From a virus (lineage: Duplodnaviria > Caudoviricetes): a stretch of 30,311 nucleotides of DNA. Shown one piece after another: positions 1 through 9,434 of the stretch. Positions within the stretch are counted from its first letter, which is position 1. Each line of letters starts with the position of its first letter. Position numbers and translations under genes: made by a program. The DNA lies in IMG/VR virus record IMGVR_UViG_3300046002_003876, positions 1-30,311 of that record; one strand, 5' to 3'. The notes below the pieces were generated by a model that saw only the letters and a list, made by a program, of their open reading frames with translations, did not search any database and had not been told where the DNA came from.

Positions 1-1
1 G

Positions 2-454
2 CGCACGAAGGCCGTGCATCGGAACCTGCCGCTTTTGCAGCGCGACGGGCAGGTGTTCCCGGAACGCCGACTGCACTACCTGCTGTTACTGCGCGACCAC
101 CTGAACCTCGCCACGTGGATTATGGAATCGCACGGGCCGACCGACCAGAGCCGCGAGCATCTGCGGAAGTGCATCGAACTCTTCGAGACGCACTTCCCCG
201 ACTACGCCGACAAGTATCACCAGTTGGCGCGGCCGTTCTACGAGCAGGCCGTCAAGCGCGTCACAGGCGCGTTTGAGGTGGAGTTGGCCTTTGCCGCAGG
301 GCAGCAGGGCTTGCAGGGCCGCGCGGCTCCCACGCGGGTCTGGGTGCGGCATGCGGGGCAGATTCCCGCGCTGCTGGCCGCGAAACAGGCCGAATGGCTG
401 GGGCACTTCACGCCCGAGCCGCCGATTGACGTGGAACCGCTGGAGGCCGTATGA
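2..454 (+). CDS. 3' part of a probable glycosyltransferase (GT2-type C-terminal region), truncated at window start
   Basis: Frame open from base 2: RTKAVHRNLPLLQRDGQVFPERRL..., resembling the R.K..RNL.LL......P segment that follows the GT-A domain in GT2/TPR proteins. The catalytic domain is not in the window. Stop overlaps the next ATG (ATGA). Confidence 0.45.
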   Translation, partial: RTKAVHRNLPLLQRDGQVFPERRLHYLLLLRDHLNLATWIMESHGPTDQSREHLRKCIELFETHFPDYADKYHQLARPFYEQAVKRVTGAFEVELAFAAGQQGLQGRAAPTRVWVRHAGQIPALLAAKQAEWLGHFTPEPPIDVEPLEAV

Positions 455-1323
455 GCGTCTGGTTTCCGAACGACGTGGTATTTGACTCGGACTTGCAGGA
501 CTACGAGCAGAGCATCCTGACGCAGTTTGGCAAGACGGATTGGCAGGCCAAGCGCCGGAAGGCGCTAGAGGACTGGGCGTTTCCGACGCTGGCCAAGGCG
601 GGCTACGTGCCCGAGCGCCTGCGGACGCGCCGTGCGCCTGCCCAGGTGTGGGGCTACACTGGCGGCAGCTACGTGGACTACACCAGCGCCGCCACGACGG
701 CTGGCGTCGACGGCCTGCCGCTAGGCACCGTCTTTGCCGCGCCGTCAAGCGACTTCCTCTACATCGGCTCGCAGGAGCAGTTCCGCGGGCTGTCCATTCG
801 CATGCTCGACCGAGTGGCGACGGCGGCGGGCACGCTGACCGTGCAGGTGTGGTCGGATGCCTGGACGAGCGTGGGCACGCTGAACGAGACGCAGTTCCTC
901 AACGTGAAGCCGTTCTCCCGCGGCGGGGATGTGCGCTGGGAGATGCCGCAGGACTGGGTGACGCGCGCCGTCAATGGCTCCGCGCCGCTCTACTGGGCAC
1001 GCATCAAGGTCAGTGCCACGCCCACGGGCGCGTATTGCGGGCAGATTGGCTGCATCCGCGGCACGGCGCTGACGGGGCCGGTGACGCTGAGAACGCTGGG
1101 CCTCATTTTCCGCGAGGCGCAGACGATGCAGGGCGGGCCGTGGCAGGAGAAGGCCGACGCCTACTTCCGCGAGGCCGAAGAGGCCATGCAGGGCGCGCTG
1201 GCACTGGTCGCGCGCGACTTTGACACCGTGACGGTGGATGACCAAGTGGATACCACGGAAACCACGCAGACCGCTGACGATGTGACCGGCGGCGGCGCGT
1301 CCTTCCAGTGGACGAGGGCGTAA
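451..1323 (+). CDS. Putative head-tail adaptor/neck protein with an inserted beta-rich domain
   Basis: 290 aa, upstream of the tail genes. Helical N- and C-terminal parts (C-terminal W..KADAYFREAEEAMQGAL) surround an aromatic beta-rich segment. Confidence 0.5.
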   Translation: MSVWFPNDVVFDSDLQDYEQSILTQFGKTDWQAKRRKALEDWAFPTLAKAGYVPERLRTRRAPAQVWGYTGGSYVDYTSAATTAGVDGLPLGTVFAAPSSDFLYIGSQEQFRGLSIRMLDRVATAAGTLTVQVWSDAWTSVGTLNETQFLNVKPFSRGGDVRWEMPQDWVTRAVNGSAPLYWARIKVSATPTGAYCGQIGCIRGTALTGPVTLRTLGLIFREAQTMQGGPWQEKADAYFREAEEAMQGALALVARDFDTVTVDDQVDTTETTQTADDVTGGGASFQWTRA

Positions 1324-1751
1324 TGGCAACGACTCCAGATGTGCTTCTGAACCGAGTGCGATCCTTGATGGTCGATGCGCCGTTCTACTGGCGCGAGGCT
1401 GTCAGCAGCGAGGACTTCGCCTTGCAGGGAACTGGCAGCAGCGACGCCGTGTTCCGGTGCAAGATTCGGGGCGGGAACAGTCTCGGAGGGTTTGGGTATT
1501 CAGAAGACCGGGTCGACACGCTGGACATCGAAGTGGCGCGGCAGATTGCCGCGGACTACGTGGCGACGCATGCGGCCTTGGTCAGAGATTGTTCCAGTCT
1601 CACCGCAGCGATTATTCAGGACGGGCACGTCACCTCAGGTGAATACACCGTCCCGGATACTGGTCGAGCCTGGGAAGTGGCGGCACCGATTGGCGCGTCG
1701 TATCTCACGTTGCGCTTGACGATGCCGCTCAACTACGAAGCACAAGTGTAG
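1323..1751 (+). CDS. Putative tail terminator/completion protein
   Basis: ATG 1323 overlaps the TAA of the previous gene. ~142 aa directly before the tail tube gene, ending in LTLRLTMPLNY. Confidence 0.5.
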   Translation: MATTPDVLLNRVRSLMVDAPFYWREAVSSEDFALQGTGSSDAVFRCKIRGGNSLGGFGYSEDRVDTLDIEVARQIAADYVATHAALVRDCSSLTAAIIQDGHVTSGEYTVPDTGRAWEVAAPIGASYLTLRLTMPLNYEAQV

Positions 1752-1763
1752 GAGAGTCCACAC

Positions 1764-2828
1764 ATGGCAGGATTGACCGGCAGAGAAATTAAAGCCGCGT
1801 TTGCGAAGTTTGCGACGAACTCATGGGGCGTCGCGGCCTCGGTCACGCGCGGCATTCACTTCACCTCGGACGGCGGCGCGAAGCTCTCGCGGCTGCGTGT
1901 CAATGACGAGGCGCTCGGCCAGACGTTTCTGGGCCGCGGCGACTTTGGCGACACGCAGGCGCAGGACATCACGCTGACGAAGCAGGACCGCTACGCGGAC
2001 TTTCAGTATGTCTATGAGGCACTGGCGATGGGATCCCCAGCCGCCGTGACCCTCAGCACGTCGACGGCCAGTGCGCCAACCTCATGGCGTCACGTGATTG
2101 ACCTTGCCCCGTCGATTGACGGGCTGGGCGTCACGATGGCCTACGACAAGGTGACGTTTGTGGACGAGATGACCTCGGCCAAGGTCTACGGCATGAGCAA
2201 GACCGTGGGCGATTCCGGCGTGATGGACACGACGTTCAACCTGATGGCCGCGCAGATGACCGACATTTCCTCGGTCAACACGCGCAGCACCGTCAACGGG
2301 GCCACCTATCCGGCGCTTGACAATCGCGTCTTCCGTCGGCAGGGCACGTTCCGTCTCAACCCGCAGTCGGCGGGGTCACTGGCGGCGACCAACGCGGTCA
2401 ACCTCGAAGGCTTCACGTTCGAGTTCTCGCGGCCGCAGGACGCCCCGAACGTCACGGGTCAGGACTTCATCTTCGAACCGGCCGATGCTGGGTTCCCAGA
2501 GACGAAGCTGACCATCACGTTCCCGCGCATGAACACCGTGTCGGCCAACAGCGTCTACGCGGCCCTGCGCGCAGATACCGTGTTTAAGGCTGATATGGAG
2601 TTCCTTGGCTCGTTCATCAACTCCACCGACCGGTTCACCGAGCGCATCGAGTGGCCCGCATTGGAACTGGACACGGACGGCTTCACGGCGACCGAGAGCG
2701 GTGCCAATCAGGTGAAGCCGCAGGTGGTGTTCCTCGCCAAGTCGGCCGCAACCTCACCGAACGGCATGGCCTTCGTCAATCCGTTCCGCATTACCCGTAT
2801 CACGACGCAGTCTCTCGTCGCCTTCTAG
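1764..2828 (+). CDS. Major tail (tube) protein
   Basis: 354 aa, AGGAG RBS, S/T/G-rich beta-type composition, directly upstream of the chaperone pair and tape measure. Confidence 0.7.
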   Translation: MAGLTGREIKAAFAKFATNSWGVAASVTRGIHFTSDGGAKLSRLRVNDEALGQTFLGRGDFGDTQAQDITLTKQDRYADFQYVYEALAMGSPAAVTLSTSTASAPTSWRHVIDLAPSIDGLGVTMAYDKVTFVDEMTSAKVYGMSKTVGDSGVMDTTFNLMAAQMTDISSVNTRSTVNGATYPALDNRVFRRQGTFRLNPQSAGSLAATNAVNLEGFTFEFSRPQDAPNVTGQDFIFEPADAGFPETKLTITFPRMNTVSANSVYAALRADTVFKADMEFLGSFINSTDRFTERIEWPALELDTDGFTATESGANQVKPQVVFLAKSAATSPNGMAFVNPFRITRITTQSLVAF

Positions 2829-2858
2829 CGGCGGGACTTTTCAGGGAGCGCACCGAGC

Positions 2859-3272
2859 ATGCCGCGACAGCTACAGACCGATGACCTCACCTTCTGGGTG
2901 GCCGAGACTGACCTGGACGATATCAGCGAAGCCGACCCTGAGGTGCGCTACGAACTCCGCGAACTGACGACCAACACGTGGCGACGCATTCACAAGGCCC
3001 ATACCAAGCGAGTGCCGAATAAGGCCACCAAGGCGATGGAGTCCGAGACGGATGCGGAAGCGTTTGCGGATGCCCTCGTAGACTACGTGCTGGTGGGCTG
3101 GAGCGGCATTGTGGAGCGGGGCGGCGCACCTGCGCCCTGCACCACTGAGAACAAGCTGCGTCTTGACAGCGTGGTCAAGGCGGCGCTGGTCGGGCGGGCA
3201 GGCCTCACGCAGATTGTGCAGGCCGACGCCGTGCGCGAGAACTCCTTTCGCCGGACTGACCCGGTGGGCTGA
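2859..3272 (+). CDS. Tail assembly chaperone (gpG-like)
   Basis: 137 aa between tube and tape measure. DYVLVGWSGI...PCT.ENK motif is typical of phage tail chaperones. GGGAG RBS. Confidence 0.7.
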   Translation: MPRQLQTDDLTFWVAETDLDDISEADPEVRYELRELTTNTWRRIHKAHTKRVPNKATKAMESETDAEAFADALVDYVLVGWSGIVERGGAPAPCTTENKLRLDSVVKAALVGRAGLTQIVQADAVRENSFRRTDPVG

Positions 3273-3597
3273 GTTCTGGGCTGATTCGGTCATGACCGGG
3301 CAGGTTATCTGCTGCCAGGTCGCGCCGGATGAACTACTAGAGCAGGAGGCCGAGCAGTATGACTGTTCGGCCTGCTTGCTCCAACAGCAGGTCGACGCGC
3401 TCGACGAGGACAACAAAGAGGCATGGGCGCTGTATCGCTCGTGCTGCAATCGGTTTACGCAAGACTTGCAGGCGGGCGCGGTCGTGCTGGACCGACTCAC
3501 CCAACATCTGAGTGCGGACGAGTTCCGTGACATGTCTGAGCGGCTCCGCATCATCTACGATGTAGTCTCACCGCCCCGGAAGGAGACGCCGCGCTAA
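3247..3597 (+). CDS. Tail assembly chaperone extension (gpT-like), probably reached by frameshift
   Basis: Open +1 frame overlapping the end of the chaperone gene, without a good RBS of its own. Ends at TAATG coupled to the tape measure start. Confidence 0.6.
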   Translation, partial: FAGLTRWAEFWADSVMTGQVICCQVAPDELLEQEAEQYDCSACLLQQQVDALDEDNKEAWALYRSCCNRFTQDLQAGAVVLDRLTQHLSADEFRDMSERLRIIYDVVSPPRKETPR

Positions 3598-6290
3598 TGG
3601 CACGTGAAATTGATATCAAAATCACTGCGGACATTGCTCAGGCAATCGAGGCGCTGAGAAACGCCGAACGCGCGCTGGGCGAGATGGGCGACGCAGCAAA
3701 AGATGCTGGCAATAAAACAGACGATTTAGGAGAAAAGACAGAAAAAGCCGGGAAAAAAACGAAACAAGTTAAAACCGACATGGATATCCTAATGGAATCC
3801 ATGAGGCGGTATGTTTCATATGCCGCCATTGGTGCGGCTATTGATAGGTCTATTGAGTTTGGCTCAGCCGTCAATGACTTATCCATACGGACCGGCATCG
3901 GAACGGACGCCCTGCAATCTCTGGGGTTTGTAGCTGAGCAGACTGGCAGTTCGATGGAAACGATGGCGCGAGCCGTCACGTTCCTCGACAAAACCTTGGA
4001 AGGCGGCGGGAAGAAGGCTACCGATGCCATTCGTGGATTGGGCCTCAGCACCAGCGAACTCTTAACGCTCAGCCCGGAAGACCGATTCAGGGCCGTGGCC
4101 TCGGCCATTGGGCAAATTGGCAACGACTCTGAGCAGGCGCAAGCGGCCGTGGCATTGTTTGGCCGCAGTGGCGCGGAACTCATTCCGATGTTCGAAGAGG
4201 TGGCCAAAGGCGCGGAAGATGTCAGTCTGGTCATGAGTCAGGAAGTCATTAGCAATCTTGACGCCGCTGGTGACGCCATGAACTACGTCACGCAGGCCGG
4301 GAAGGTGCTCATCGGCATGATTGTCGCCGTCGGCGTGGAAACGTATCGGATGATGGTGGAGCCGTTTACGCTGGCGCGACAGGTCACCATGGGCTTGGGC
4401 GATGACATTGCGGCGCTGGCCAACGAATTGCCCAAAGTGCCTGATATCACAGGCAAGCTGATACCGCCCGGATTGGGCAGCGTCGCGGTCGACGATTTCA
4501 ATAAAGCCAGCAAAGCGCTCGACGACCAACGGCGCGCCGCAGAGGCCGCAGAAAAGCAGATCTTGCGGCTTGCTGCCGAGCAGAAAAAAGCGCGCGAGGC
4601 GTCTATTGTGATGGGCACAGGCATCGAATACGCCAGCCAGTGGGTGCAACGGCTTGACGCGGAGATTCTGCGGCTCAATGCGTCTGGCGGCAAGAAAATT
4701 ACCGATATCTTTGAGTTTGACCGCCAGCCCGTGGACAACGCCACAGCGGCCCTGCTGAAGTTTCAGGGCAGCATTAGCTATTTCAGCAGCCAAGGGTCAA
4801 AGGCGTGGTCGACGTTCGCGCAAACCGTGCAGCGCGACACGGAACGGTTCAAGCCGTCATTCGAAGGGTTGGCCACGGCATTTCAGAACCTTGGCCCTGC
4901 CGTGGTGGGCGCGGTGCAGGGCGGCGGGTCGGTCACCAAGACGATTGGCTCGATGCTGGGGCAAGGGCTGGGCGCGGACCTCGGGCAGCAGTTTGGCGCG
5001 GTCATTGGCAAAAGCCTTGGCCCGACGCTCGGCAAGGCGCTCGGCAGTCTGGGCGGGCCGCTAGGAGCCATCGTCGGGCAACTTGGTGGGGAACTGGCCG
5101 GAAAGTTGTTTGGGAAGCTGTTTGGCCCATCACAGCAGAAGCTTGCGTCAGACATGCGCGACAAGTTCCTGGCGGCTGGAGGCGGCATTGATGCCGTCAG
5201 AGACCGGGCAAATGCGGCTGGCGTATCGATGGACAAATTGTTCAGCGCGCAAAAACCGAAAGATATGGAAGCGGCGATTAATGCGTTCAACAAAGAATTA
5301 GAAGCCGCCGAAGAAGCTGCGGAAAAAGCCAAAGAAGAACTGGCCAAGATGAACACCGAGATGGGCACGCTGCTAAAAGAAGCCGATACCCTAGGGCTGG
5401 TACTGCCAGAGTCGCTGCAATTGTCCATTGATAAACTCATTGAGTCTGGGCAATTGACTGAAGAAAACAAAAAACTCCTAGAAGGGCTTGGTCGTGGGAG
5501 CCAAAGCGAGTTTAAAGCCATGGAAGAGGCCGCAAAGAAATATGGCGTCGAACTCACGGCACTTGGCCCAGCATTCAACCAGAACAAAGTCAATGAAACG
5601 GCGTCTGACATCATTGGGTCATTTGACACGATGATTAAGGGAGGCGCTGACCTTAATGGCGTTATTGCTGGCATGTCTGACGAAATCAATAAGTTTCTTG
5701 AGAATGCGATGAAGACCGGGTCAACCGTGCCAGAAAACATGCGCCCCATTTTGGAGGCCATGATACAGCAGGGCAAGTTGACCGATGCCAACGGCAAAAA
5801 ACTGACGGACTTGGGCGGCATTAAGTTTGGCGCGCCGGTTGAGACTGCTGTCGATAAGTTGATTGCCAAAATTACCGAACTCGTGGACAAAATCACTGAC
5901 GGGTTTACGAGTTCATTTAAAACTGCGGCACAGCAGGCCGACAATTTCTCGCGCAAAGCCACAGATGCCGTCAATCGTGTGCCGCGAGAAATTGATTTCC
6001 GCTATAGAGGCTATCCTGATACGGAGCCTCCGGGTTTTGACCGCGGTGGCGTGGTCGGTCGAGACTATCGACCACCGTCAAGCCGCGATATCATCCCGGC
6101 CCTGCTGCGCCCAGGTGAGGTCGTGTTGACACCAGAACAGGCGCGCATGGGTGGGGCACGTGGCCCTGCGGTCAACGTCGTGATTAACGTGGCAGGCTAC
6201 CTTGACAGCCCGACGGCGCGCTCTGGGCTGGCCGATATCGTGCGCGATGAACTGAGCAAGAATCTGCGCCGGGTGGGACGGGCCGCATGA
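3597..6290 (+). CDS. Tape measure protein
   Basis: 897 aa, Ala/Gly-rich and helical. N-terminal MAREIDIKITAD, LFGRSGAELIPM motif, C-terminal FDRGGVV...IPALLRPGEVVL motif typical of TMPs. Confidence 0.9.
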   Translation: MAREIDIKITADIAQAIEALRNAERALGEMGDAAKDAGNKTDDLGEKTEKAGKKTKQVKTDMDILMESMRRYVSYAAIGAAIDRSIEFGSAVNDLSIRTGIGTDALQSLGFVAEQTGSSMETMARAVTFLDKTLEGGGKKATDAIRGLGLSTSELLTLSPEDRFRAVASAIGQIGNDSEQAQAAVALFGRSGAELIPMFEEVAKGAEDVSLVMSQEVISNLDAAGDAMNYVTQAGKVLIGMIVAVGVETYRMMVEPFTLARQVTMGLGDDIAALANELPKVPDITGKLIPPGLGSVAVDDFNKASKALDDQRRAAEAAEKQILRLAAEQKKAREASIVMGTGIEYASQWVQRLDAEILRLNASGGKKITDIFEFDRQPVDNATAALLKFQGSISYFSSQGSKAWSTFAQTVQRDTERFKPSFEGLATAFQNLGPAVVGAVQGGGSVTKTIGSMLGQGLGADLGQQFGAVIGKSLGPTLGKALGSLGGPLGAIVGQLGGELAGKLFGKLFGPSQQKLASDMRDKFLAAGGGIDAVRDRANAAGVSMDKLFSAQKPKDMEAAINAFNKELEAAEEAAEKAKEELAKMNTEMGTLLKEADTLGLVLPESLQLSIDKLIESGQLTEENKKLLEGLGRGSQSEFKAMEEAAKKYGVELTALGPAFNQNKVNETASDIIGSFDTMIKGGADLNGVIAGMSDEINKFLENAMKTGSTVPENMRPILEAMIQQGKLTDANGKKLTDLGGIKFGAPVETAVDKLIAKITELVDKITDGFTSSFKTAAQQADNFSRKATDAVNRVPREIDFRYRGYPDTEPPGFDRGGVVGRDYRPPSSRDIIPALLRPGEVVLTPEQARMGGARGPAVNVVINVAGYLDSPTARSGLADIVRDELSKNLRRVGRAA

Positions 6291-7723
6291 GCCACGGCAT
6301 TGTCGGCTCGGGCACCGTGGGCAGCATGACGCTGGGGGTGTATCCTCGGCGGCTGCAATTCTGGGTCAGTAGCACGGTGGCCGGGTCCACGTATGTGCGT
6401 CGCGACATCACGCCCTACGTCGCCAATGATTGGCAAATCGCGCAGAAACTGGGCGAGCCGTCAACGCTCAATTTCACGCTCGTGAATGACACGGCGCTCC
6501 TGAATGCAGGCCTCGTTCGGGTGACGCAGGTGCCGCCCTCGTCGCTGACGACCACGACCAGCCCGACAGACTTTGGCGATGTGCTGTTCGAGGGCAACAT
6601 GCTGGAGCGGCGCGACGTGCTGCGGCATGTGTCGCAGACGGTGGTGAGCGAGATTGCCGCGCAGGACCTCACGTGGCAGCTCAACCAGACGGGCGGCGTC
6701 ACGGGCACGTACGGCAGCGTGGGCTTCAATACGCTCGTCGGGCAACTGCTAAACCAATACAACAGCGTGTTCGTGCCTGGGTATATCTCGCAGGGGCTGG
6801 GCGATGCGCCGCAGTTGACGTTTGACAACGCCACGCTACTGGAGGCCTTGCAACGAGTAGCCGACACGGCCAGCGCGTATCTGAGCGTGACGCCAGACCG
6901 GCATGTGCATGTGTTCCAGAACGCGGACCACCTCTCGCAGGTCAACACCATCACGACGACCAGCCGCAATGTGGCCGATGTCAACGTCTACCGTGATTAC
7001 ACAAATACGGCGACCGAAGCGCGCGTCCTAGGCAAAGGCACGACACTGGCCACGGATGTCAACAGCACGCGCATCTACCTGCAAGATATGGTGTCGTTCA
7101 TCGCGCCAGACTACCTGCCCAATGATGGATTGATTCCCGGCTTTCCTGGTGGCATCGCCGTGAACAATGCGATCCAAGTAGGCACAGAGGTGGCGTCTGT
7201 GTATTTTGCGGGGCGCACCTATCTGGCGGCGACTGAAGGCTATCTGGAATTGATTTCGTCGCTCACCACGGCGTGGCCTGCGGGCACCGCGGTGCGCTGG
7301 TTTGGTCGCGCGACGAACGCGACGGCGAGCCTGACGCTGCGCGACATCAATGACTCGGTGGTCCGCGCGGCGCGTATTGTGCTGGATGACAATACGGCGC
7401 TGGCACGTAATGAGGTGGCTCCGCGCGCGGCCGCATTGGCCTCTAAGATTTCTGGCGGGTATCAGGAGATTACGTTTGTCGCGGATGACATCCGGCACGA
7501 CGTGGCCCGACAGGTCTATCCGGGGGCGCGCATCTACACGGCGATTACCTCGCCCACGAACGTCTCCATCACCAGCCCTGCGCCAGTGGCGCAGGATGTG
7601 ACCATTTCCGTCAAGGGCACGGTGGCTAATTCCACCGTCGACATCAGCCGACAGGTGAAGGCCGCGCCGTCGGTGCGGACGCAGACGCTCGACCAAGTGC
7701 TGGCCCAGACTAAAACCTCGTAA
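6287..7723 (+). CDS. Tail tip / hub-like protein
   Basis: 478 aa directly after the TMP. Segments EPSTLNFTL, EIAAQDLTWQL and TLLEALQRVAD...VTPDRHVH resemble tail hub (Tal/gp27-like) proteins. Confidence 0.6.
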   Translation: MSHGIVGSGTVGSMTLGVYPRRLQFWVSSTVAGSTYVRRDITPYVANDWQIAQKLGEPSTLNFTLVNDTALLNAGLVRVTQVPPSSLTTTTSPTDFGDVLFEGNMLERRDVLRHVSQTVVSEIAAQDLTWQLNQTGGVTGTYGSVGFNTLVGQLLNQYNSVFVPGYISQGLGDAPQLTFDNATLLEALQRVADTASAYLSVTPDRHVHVFQNADHLSQVNTITTTSRNVADVNVYRDYTNTATEARVLGKGTTLATDVNSTRIYLQDMVSFIAPDYLPNDGLIPGFPGGIAVNNAIQVGTEVASVYFAGRTYLAATEGYLELISSLTTAWPAGTAVRWFGRATNATASLTLRDINDSVVRAARIVLDDNTALARNEVAPRAAALASKISGGYQEITFVADDIRHDVARQVYPGARIYTAITSPTNVSITSPAPVAQDVTISVKGTVANSTVDISRQVKAAPSVRTQTLDQVLAQTKTS

Positions 7724-7732
7724 GGATATTGC

Positions 7733-8566
7733 ATGGCTGCTTCCACCATTACCCGCTCGACATTTACGGATGGCACCACGGCATGGAATGCCGCGCAGAT
7801 TAGTAGCAGCGTCTACGACAAAATCGACCAGATGTTCGGCGGGGCCGGGTCGTATGCCACGTTTGAGTTTGGCGGCAAGGTGGCGATTGTGGCGGGGACG
7901 GCGGCCGCGCCATCGTTCTACCCGACAGGAGACACCAACACGGGCCTGTGGTTTCCAGCCGGTGACAACGTCGGCCTAAGCTGTGGTGGCTCTGAGGCGC
8001 TGCGCGTCAATTCGTCGCGTAACGTGTGTATCGGCGTGACCACCGAGCTGGTCAGCGGCGGCAGCGCGCGACGGCTGAACGTCTCCGGAGGCAGTGGCCA
8101 CGCCTTGACGCTCTACAGCACGACGGCGGCAACCGCGACTGGCGAAGTGTGGAACGGCGCAACGGCTGGCGACAATAGCTTTGTGGCGTTTGCGACAGAG
8201 GCGTCACCCAGTGTGCGCGGCTCCATTACGTTCAATCGCGCCAGCGTCTTGACGGCCTACAACACGACCTCGGACTACCGTGCCAAAGACATTCTCGGGC
8301 CAGTGACCGATGCGGGCAGCGCGATTGATGCGCTGAAAGTCTATCGAGGGTTGATGAAAGGGGCCACGATGGAACGGCCCATGCTGATTGCCCATGAGGC
8401 GGCAACGGTGGCCCCGTATGCCGTGACTGGCAGCAAAGATGCGGTGGATGGCAACGGCACCCCGCGCTATCAGCAAATGGACGTCAGCGCGTTTGTGCCG
8501 CTCCTGATTGCGGAGGTGCAAGATTTGAGGGCGCGCGTGGCGGCGCTGGAGGGTCTCGGGGCATAA
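7733..8566 (+). CDS. Tail fibre/spike with C-terminal intramolecular chaperone (Peptidase S74-like)
   Basis: YNTTSDYRAKDI autocleavage-type motif, LIAHE, and terminal VPLLIAEVQDLRARVAALE coiled coil. Confidence 0.8.
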   Translation: MAASTITRSTFTDGTTAWNAAQISSSVYDKIDQMFGGAGSYATFEFGGKVAIVAGTAAAPSFYPTGDTNTGLWFPAGDNVGLSCGGSEALRVNSSRNVCIGVTTELVSGGSARRLNVSGGSGHALTLYSTTAATATGEVWNGATAGDNSFVAFATEASPSVRGSITFNRASVLTAYNTTSDYRAKDILGPVTDAGSAIDALKVYRGLMKGATMERPMLIAHEAATVAPYAVTGSKDAVDGNGTPRYQQMDVSAFVPLLIAEVQDLRARVAALEGLGA

Positions 8567-8584
8567 TGCCCGAGAGTCTCTGCC

Positions 8585-8788
8585 ATGTCTGACGAAGCAA
8601 CCATCACCCTCGCACTGGCCATCGTGATGGGCATTGCGTGGCTCGTGCGGATTGAAGGGAAAGTGCTGTCCACGGAGCGTGACTTGGCGCGCATCGAAGC
8701 CGACCAAGACTCGAAGATGAATCAGATTTTGGCAGACATTCGATATCTGCGCGACCGCATTGACCGAGTCTTAGAGGACCGGAAATGA
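8585..8788 (+). CDS. Small membrane protein in the lysis cassette (holin-like)
   Basis: One N-terminal hydrophobic helix plus coiled coil. Overlaps the endolysin start. Confidence 0.5.
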   Translation: MSDEATITLALAIVMGIAWLVRIEGKVLSTERDLARIEADQDSKMNQILADIRYLRDRIDRVLEDRK

Positions 8789-9228
8789 ACCTCACCAAAC
8801 TCAAGCGTCACCTACGCGAGGCCGAGGGGTTCCGCTCGCGGCCGTATCAGGACACCGTCGGCGTGTGGACGATTGGGTTTGGACACGCGCTGCACGGCCG
8901 CATGGCGCACGAAGTGCAACACATGAAGTGGACGCGGGCGCAGGCGAACAAGGCGCTGGACGTGGACATTGCCGACGCCCTGCATGACGCGACCTCGTTC
9001 CCGTGGTTTGAGACGCTCGACGAAGTGCGGCAGCGGGTCATCGTGGAACTGTGTTTCAACCTGGGCCGACCGCGTGTGCTGGGCTTTCGCAAGATGCTGG
9101 CGGCACTGGCCGCGAAGGACTATGCCCGCGCCGCGGACGAACTGAAGGACTCGCGCTGGTATGTGCAGGTGGGACCGATTCGTGGCAATCGGCTGGTGAA
9201 CATGTTGCGCACCGGAGCGGAGCCATGA
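8785..9228 (+). CDS. Endolysin, T4-lysozyme-like muramidase (GH24)
   Basis: EG.R..PYQDTVGVWTIGFGH (E-x8-D-x5-T triad), FNLG, AADELKDSRWY.QV..R..RL. Confidence 0.92.
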   Translation: MNLTKLKRHLREAEGFRSRPYQDTVGVWTIGFGHALHGRMAHEVQHMKWTRAQANKALDVDIADALHDATSFPWFETLDEVRQRVIVELCFNLGRPRVLGFRKMLAALAAKDYARAADELKDSRWYVQVGPIRGNRLVNMLRTGAEP

Positions 9229-9434
9229 CGGATGCGCGCCCCGGCCCGTCGGTGCGACGGGATACGCTGGACGACGACCGCGTCCGCATCATGATTCCGG
9301 TGACCTCTGAGGCCACGGGACAGCGTCAGCCGGGGGCACTCATCATCACGGCGTCACGTGACGGGCAGATTACCGCGCGGCTGGGCCGCTGGGAGGAACG
9401 ACATGCAGAATCTACTGGAGAGCGTGAAAACTGA
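9225..9434 (+). CDS. Hypothetical protein
   Basis: ATGA overlap with the endolysin stop, GGAG upstream, 69 aa. Confidence 0.45.
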   Translation: MTDARPGPSVRRDTLDDDRVRIMIPVTSEATGQRQPGALIITASRDGQITARLGRWEERHAESTGEREN

